Assembly: GCA_964016885.1 (NCBI GenBank)
Contig: OZ024743.1
Span: forward strand, 111,352,001 to 111,416,000
Direction: 5' to 3'
Source of the DNA: Eledone cirrhosa
Lineage: Eukaryota
DNA: 64,000 nucleotides
Position numbers and translations under genes: made by a program. The number at the start of each line of letters is the position of its first letter. Position 1 is the first letter of the stretch. A model generated the notes under the pieces. That model made no database searches. It had not been told where the DNA came from and saw only the letters and a list, made by a program, of their open reading frames with translations. Of this stretch, positions 56,790 to 64,000 are shown piece by piece.

Positions 56790-57392
56790 CACATTTAAAC
56801 TTAAACCTCATTGGAAAACCTGTGAAGTGAACAATGAAGCAGGTAGAGAAATTCAAGCATCTCAGGGCCGTTTTTACGAAGGATAGAATCATATTTGTAG
56901 GAGCTGGTGCGTTAATTCTTCAACACTCAAACATTAGCAAAATATAAGAAAGGTGTAAAAGCACTACACGCTTTTTTAATTCGGTATTTGTGCCTACCAT
57001 TGCGTATGGCCATGGATCTCTAAATGAATACAATCACGAAAACACGCGGCCGGAATGGGGCACTTCTGAAACATTTTTGGATAAAGTCATGCATTAGAGT
57101 GCATAGCTCACAGATCAGAATGTCGCTCCAGGTAGAGCCCCTCTTGCTAGAGACTCTACTCCACAGAATCTAGTGGTCACAGCTCATGTACTACGGACAT
57201 CTGTATAATATTAAAAAAAAGAAAGAGGCGCTCTGGACATAGTTTACGAGGAAAGTCAACAAGCAAGAGACCCAGAATTAGAACACGAGCAGAATGGTTG
57301 GATGACATCAAATTCAATATTGATGCTTGGGGATTTATTCCGATCATTTGGAGACGGTTGCTTTTGATAAAACTCTCAGAAGAAGAAGAAGA
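56790..57392 (+). mobile_element. Decayed 3' fragment of an RTE-like LINE
   Basis: KQVEKFKHL, LFNSVFVPTIAYGH and GKSTSKRPR..WLDDIK motifs; (GAA)n tail. Confidence 0.6.
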
Positions 57393-57856
57393 ATCGTCGT
57401 CTTCCTCCTCCTCCTCCTCCTCCTCTCTGTATAATATAGCAGTCTTGAAATAGACCACTTCCTAAACGTCTTATTTGATATAATAATATATTTTCCTTTT
57501 GAAACAAAATGCTACTGCTGTATATTTTTTCCGAAATTGAATCAATTATTTTGTTTACGTTTATCCTAAATTAGATTATAACAGATGTTTACTAACATAT
57601 ATCCATTATAATTTACCCCACTAATTTCCCCACTTTTATTGTCTTCCGTTTACATTCTATCTATTGTGCTATTGTTTATACATATTTATATCCATGTAGA
57701 TGAAGATATACTAATGAGTAACTAATGCTTTGAAGGTACGTTACGGTAATGAAAGATGTTGTTCAATTGTCATCTTATTTAAATAGGAGTTTATTAAATT
57801 TATTAAGTATTTAATATAGAAGCTATATTAAAGTTTGAATATATATATATATATAT

Positions 57857-58130
57857 AGGAAATTGTTTAACCCCTACGCAGATCTCAAGCCGTTTCGACG
57901 GCTATTTCTGGTCCAGAAATAGACGTCGAAACGGCTTGAGCTCTGTCGACGGAGTTAAACATGTTCCTATTACCCACTCTACTACCCTAAGTATTGAGTA
58001 CTCTGGTGCGTTATGGTCAATCTGGTTCCTTACCACACTTCCTTCGCTATATATATATATATATAAATGAAATTATTGAGTACGCTGGTGCGTTATAGTC
58101 AATCTGGTTCCTTACCACACTTCCTTCGTT
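57857..58130. mobile_element. Inverted copy of the 28631-28826 hairpin element plus a partial duplicate of its tail
   Basis: TACCCTAAGTATTGAGTACTCTGGTGCGTTATGGTC..GGTTCCTTACCAC is the reverse complement of 28640-28696. Confidence 0.8.
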
Positions 58131-58238
58131 ATATATATATATATATATATGCAAAAGTTTTATTTAAAATTGTTGGGTTACAACGAGTAAATATTTTATA
58201 ACTGATATAAAAGCACTCAACAGTTTCTGGAGTAGGTT

Positions 58239-58606
58239 TACGATATTAAACAAATGGAAACTATATTTATAAAACCATATTTATTTCGTTATATATATTT
58301 CTGGGATATCATATTAAAAATATGGTATGCCTTCCTCAGACAAAATACAATACATAAGCTGTTTTATAAATAATGTTGATATACCTTATAATAATGCAAC
58401 TTCCATTTAAAAAGTTGATTTGGTATCAACTTTTTAAATGGAAGTTGCATTATTATAAGGTATGTCAAAATTTATTTATAAAACAGCTTATGTATTGTAT
58501 TTTGTCTGAGGAAGGCATACCATATTTTTAATATGATATCCCAGAAATATATATAACGAAATAAATATGGTTTTATAAATATAGTTTCCATTTGTTTAAT
58601 ATCGTA
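58239..58606. repeat. Near-perfect 368-bp palindrome
   Basis: Arms of ~181 bp around a 5-nt loop TTGGT (58420-58424), with only a few mismatches. Confidence 0.93.
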
Positions 58607-58779
58607 TATATATATATATGAGTGTGTTCATGATAGATTTTTACAACAATTTGATCCGAAATTTTCCATTGCAAATGTGTCGCCGTGTTTGACGACTATG
58701 CAGTGCATGAATCCGACCTTTTCACGTAGACTTACGAACAATATTTTTATCTATCCCGGATTCTACACAGCGCCAGTGG

Positions 58780-61080
58780 CTGAGAGATAAGGGAACTCAT
58801 AAAATCCAATAACATCTCTATCAATATCTGCCCCCTTGTATGATAGCGTCCGCGTCAATACCTATTTATAGCATTATAGGGATGTTAGCCAACACCACTA
58901 CCACCATTTTCGCATCTGGCCATTCAGAGTTATATTTTAGTCAAGTATACCAATTTGTAGCAGCCGTCAGTTTTGGCATCACTCCCTGTAACTCAGTCAT
59001 TATACACCTCCAACCCCATCCACCTCATCCGCCCAGGACAAACTCGAAGCGAAGGAAGCAGAACAATGTGTTTCCTTGAAACTATAATGTTTTCAGTGAC
59101 GAATCTCAAATTGCCTTGCTTAAGTCCTGTCCATGATGTAGTTTTATCTTTGATAAACTGTAAATTTCTCTCTAACGCCTCTTCCTTTTTTGCTCTTTGG
59201 TTAATCTCTTGATTTCCAACCATTTCTGCAACATTTATACCCATATCTTCTTCACTGTTTATTAAATATTCTGCAAGCGATATCCTTTCACTCATGGTGA
59301 GGGCTCCGCTGTCATTTTTTCTCTTCGTGTATATTCTATAGATATTTGATTTAGGCTGTAAAGCTCCGTAATATGTCATTAATAAATGTGCAACACGCTC
59401 CGTAATATTTCGACTTTCTCTCTAATGTTGACACTTTTCCTCAGTCCGACTGATAATCGATGCACGTTATCTAACCACTGCTACTCCTCATATATTCATT
59501 GCAGTGACCGGATTTCTTTCAGACAAGTGGGATTTTAAAATATATTTTACTTTTTTTAAATACACCCTAAACGTTTCTGTCAATTATCAGAGCAAAATAT
59601 CATCAGTTCTAAGATACCGAAATATCTATAGCCACTATCTTCTGGCTTCTTCCGATGGCAGTCGTAATCCACTACAAGCTGTTTTCTTCCCTATTTTCAT
59701 ATTGTGTACATCCATTTGGAAATCCCAAATTCCATACTGATTTCAATGCTACATATATGAACTTTTTTTCACAAAGGAGTCTATTTGGCTTTCAGACTCC
59801 CCAAACAATGTCAGATCATCCATAAATAAAAGAGGGTTTATGAATAGCCCATGCATTCCAGCTTGGGAGCCCTTTTTATTTTTCTCAGTATGAGTGTTAT
59901 AAATATCAGTGCATTAACAAACAGTAACGGTGAGAATGAGTTCCTTTGGAAAGAAATTCTTTGAGTATAAATTGTTTTTTCACTATTGCATACTATTCAG
60001 CATAAACTTTGTGATGTTGTCAGCAATACCAAATATCCACTGGCATTAACCATACAATAATGGCACACCATATCACATCCCTTTTTAAAGTCAATCTCTG
60101 TCATAGACATGGTAGTGTGATGTTTCTTACAATGCCTCAAAACTACCTTGTCAATATCCAGGTTATACGTTTGGTTCCCTTGGCAGCAGTATTCCTTCAT
60201 GTGACAGAAAATCATATGTCCTCCCTGCAAATATCACAGCCAGAACCGTCTATAATATATTTAGTCATGTTATAGAGCGGTAGTTTCCCACAGCATACCC
60301 TTACCTCTATTTACTTTTCAGAAGTGTTGTTCTCCCTGTAACCACCCAGGTTGAGATAGCAACTCTCTGGACAAAATCATTCAATTTTCTTGCCCGTGTT
60401 TCATGTATTGTACTGCATCTCTTCAAACAAAAGCCGTGGATCCCATCTGGTCTGGGAAATTTCCAGTTTAGAATCTTGGCTACGTGATCCTTCACATCGA
60501 TTGTTTTTATGGTAATATCTTTTTTGTATATTTCTTCCTCTCAATCTTGTCTTGATGGTGTCTATCCACTTGACATTCTTTCTATGCCTTATACTGTTTC
60601 CCTATATCCCGTTCCAGAACTCTGTTGCCTTATTAGCATTAAAGATACCGTCCTTCCCATTCCCATTGTTTCCTTCCAAAGTGCGGAAGAATTATTTTGT
60701 ACTATTTTGGAACAATCTATTTTCCTCAAACTGTTTATTTTAATTCATACATTTCCTTAACTTTTGGCTTTTCTAGAACATTCTCTGGTTTAGCCCTTCT
60801 ATAACTATATGAAATCCCCTCTTCCGTTGTTCGTACGTCTTGTCTAGTGCTTCTCGACCACACCTTTATCCCATTTTTTTTACTTTCCCTTATCCATTGC
60901 TCAATTCTATTTAGATCCTGCCTTAACTGCATTACAACATTTCGAATGCATCTTTTCCGCCATGGTTATTTTGCTTTACCCCGATTAATGCTCGGCAGTC
61001 GCTTTTGTTCCTGTACAAGCAATACAACATCTCAGATCAGGTTCTAAGTTTACTTTCTGTCTTCTATCTGGATATGTTAT
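58780..61080 (-). mobile_element. Decayed R4/Dong-like non-LTR retrotransposon (RT region)
   Basis: NWKFPRPDGIHGFCLK..WVVTGRTTLL, IDFKK, FQRNSFSPLLF, LLFMDDLTLF (59797-59833), RIYTKRK..E..SLAEY; many stops and frameshifts. Confidence 0.78.
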
Positions 61081-61236
61081 ATGGCATTATTTATATGTAG
61101 TTTCGATTATCATCCCTCGTTCTACTCATATTCATTTGGGATTCTTTCTTCTGGAGCATTAATCAAAACCTCAAGCCGTCTACATAGCTCAAGCGACTCA
61201 TCATCTACCTGTGACCTTCCTGTTATTATTATTATT

Positions 61237-61448
61237 GGTGGATTGGCAGAATCGGTAGAGCGTCAGACACCATGCTTCGCGGTATAGTTACGTCCCTTAA
61301 TGTTCTGAATTCAAATCCTGCCGAGGTTAGCATTGCCTTTCATCCTTACGGGGTCGATAAAATAAAGTGTCAGTAATACACTGGGGTCGATTTAATGAAC
61401 ATTTCCATTCCCCAAAATTGCTGGCCTTGTGCCTAAATCAGAAAGCAT
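61237..61448 (+). mobile_element. Full-length tRNA-derived SINE (main family)
   Basis: GGTGGATTGGCAGAATCGGTAGAG..GAATTCAAATCC..CATCCTTACGGGGTCGATAAAAT..GGCCTTGTGCC, then an (ATT)n tail. Confidence 0.85.
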
Positions 61449-62163
61449 TATTATTATCATCATTATTATTGAAACATCACTCGGGCCCCGCAATATGCTA
61501 AGAGTCAGAAGAGATTAACGAGGTTAATTTCGACAGGAATTTTAAGAAGCTTATCGTCACAATATATTGGATAGAGGGAAATATAATAACGGTAACGGTT
61601 CCATAAGTAATATTATAATATCAGCAACAAAAACCTTGATTATGATGATGATGATGAGGATGATGATGATGATAGAATAATAATAATAATAATAGCAACA
61701 CACTTCATCTACCATCAGAACAACAATCAAACAGTGGAGTAATACTTTATAAAACGCAAACAAAAAAACGTAAGTATACAAAAAGAAAAGAAATTACAAC
61801 GTCATATGCAAATGGAGGCAAAACAAAAATGTTGCTAGATAATACTTTAATGGAGCGAACAGTGTTACAGTTTGAATTAAATTATCGGCACATAATATAT
61901 ACATTAGACAGAAATGCATTTTGGAACACCACCCATCCATTAACAGTAGTGTCTCATTGACTCTTTTTTACATTCATTTTTGTACATTATTTTCCGCGTG
62001 GATAATATTTTTCCTTTTGTTTTTTTAAAGAGTGGGTAAATGTGACATACAATATTAAATTATTTGTCATTGTCTTTCATTTTATCTTTAGAAATCGTTA
62101 TTATTATCATTATCATTAACATTATTATTGTTGTTGTTGTTGTTATTATTATTATTATTATTA

Positions 62164-62200
<37 letters not shown>

Positions 62201-62289
62201 GTGTGATTTGTTGCTTTCACACTGATGTTGTCAGCGTTCTTCTACCAATGATATGCACACATATATATATATAAATATATATATATATG

Positions 62290-62366
<77 letters not shown>

Positions 62367-62409
62367 AATATATATATATATATATAAATATATATATATA
62401 TTTATATAT

Positions 62410-62543
<134 letters not shown>

Positions 62544-62792
62544 TTACATAATTATATATACATTTTTTTCCTGTAATCTAAAAAAATGTCTCTTACATAT
62601 ATAGTAGGTTAAGCATGTGTCGTTGCTGTTAATATCAAGATTATAGTGACCTATATGTTACTTTATTTATCTCCCCGATCATATTTATATATGAAATATC
62701 CTACATTTATTACATAACATACTTGGTTTACACACGCTTCTTTCCAATGCATTTTTTTCCTTTTTATTGAAATCTTCAGAATCGTTAAATAT

Positions 62793-62972
62793 TTGTTTCT
62801 AGTTTTGGCACAAAGCCGGCAATTATTTCAGTGCATTACTGCTACTTTATTTTATCGACCCGTAAGGATGAAAGGTAAAGTTAACCCCGACGGGATTTGA
62901 ACTCAGACCTTAAAGGGACGTAACTATACTTGAAAGCATGGCATCCGACCCTCTACCGATACTGCCAATCCA
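62793..62972 (-). mobile_element. tRNA-derived SINE (main family)
   Basis: Same motifs on the minus strand. Confidence 0.85.
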
Positions 62973-63171
62973 CAAACGATAGTTTACTACCAACAAAATG
63001 TCCGAGTGTCTCCAAACACGAAGAAATTCTAAATGTAAACAAACTTTACATCGAGTCAGGAAAACAAATATTCTGGAAGACAAAACAAATGTTAGTAATC
63101 CAAATACTATGTAGTGGTTACTTTTACACGTAAAACTTAATATACGTGCATTTATTCAAATAAACATTATA

Positions 63172-63355
63172 GGATGGCAGTATCAGTAGAGGGTCGGACG
63201 CCTTGCTTTGACGTATATAGTTACGGCCCTTGCCATTCTGAGTTCAAATCCCGTCGAGGTTAACTTTGCCTTTCATCCATACGGGGTCGATAAAATGAAG
63301 TACCAGTAATGCACTGGTTAATTGCTGGCCTTGTGCCAAATGTAGAAACAATTAT
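63172..63355 (+). mobile_element. tRNA-derived SINE (main family)
   Basis: Same motifs on plus; divergently paired with 62793-62972. Confidence 0.85.
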
Positions 63356-63675
63356 AGGAATAACAGAAAGCATATAAATTTATTAAAACTAAAGTGACGA
63401 CCAATACTAAATATAAAGTTTGTTAAGAGAAAAATAATACAAAATTTATGGAATCTTAAAGTATTAATAATGTATCAATCAGTAGGATTATTTCTACATA
63501 TTTGGCCTAAGGTTTTCTGCAATTTCTAATACTGTGTACGCATGCATACACACATATACACATCTATATGTGTGTCGACGTACAAGTAGATGCATGTGTG
63601 AATATTACTTTCGGGTAAGATTATGTATATGCGATGTGTAGTAATCGACTACTACTTTCCATATGCATATTTGAT

Positions 63676-63739
<64 letters not shown>

Positions 63740-63740
63740 C

Positions 63741-63813
<73 letters not shown>

Positions 63814-64000
63814 GAAATATAAGAATCAAAGAACTGTTCAAAACATTATTGTGCTTACAGCTGTTTCCTCCAAACCGAGGTTTGGATTCTTCGGAGCAAT
63901 TTATTAATGCATGGACAGTTATATGACCTCCTTTTCAGCCGAGAGACATACCGATACATATTCAAACATTGATACATATTCAAACATTGTGGGTCAACAT

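Noticed and set aside
63850-64000. Possible host exon at the window end
   Set aside because: Only a short open frame with no recognisable motif; unsupported without transcript data.

Overview
AT-rich, repeat-dense eukaryotic DNA with no supportable host gene. The dense (TA)n/(TG)n/(GA)n microsatellites and the tRNA-derived SINE family resemble octopus/cephalopod DNA (inference). Nearly all listed ORFs are microsatellite or antisense artefacts. Real coding signal comes only from retrotransposons: a full-length RTE-type LINE (31164-34480, minus; 11-bp TSD; one in-frame TAG), a decayed Penelope-like element (PLE) inside ~1.4-1.6 kb inverted repeats, three more PLE 3' fragments, and remnants of CRE-, HERO-, R4/Dong- and RTE-like LINEs. 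Helitron-like and MITE/foldback elements are also present. The standout is a perfect 310-bp tandem repeat (2.6 copies, 20321-21123) embedded in (TA)n. Each unit carries a type I hammerhead ribozyme with a long extended stem I, i.e. a retrozyme-like, possibly circRNA-producing unit. About ten further intact or decayed hammerhead motifs occur in PLE termini and TA-embedded elements. All folds and alignments were read by eye.
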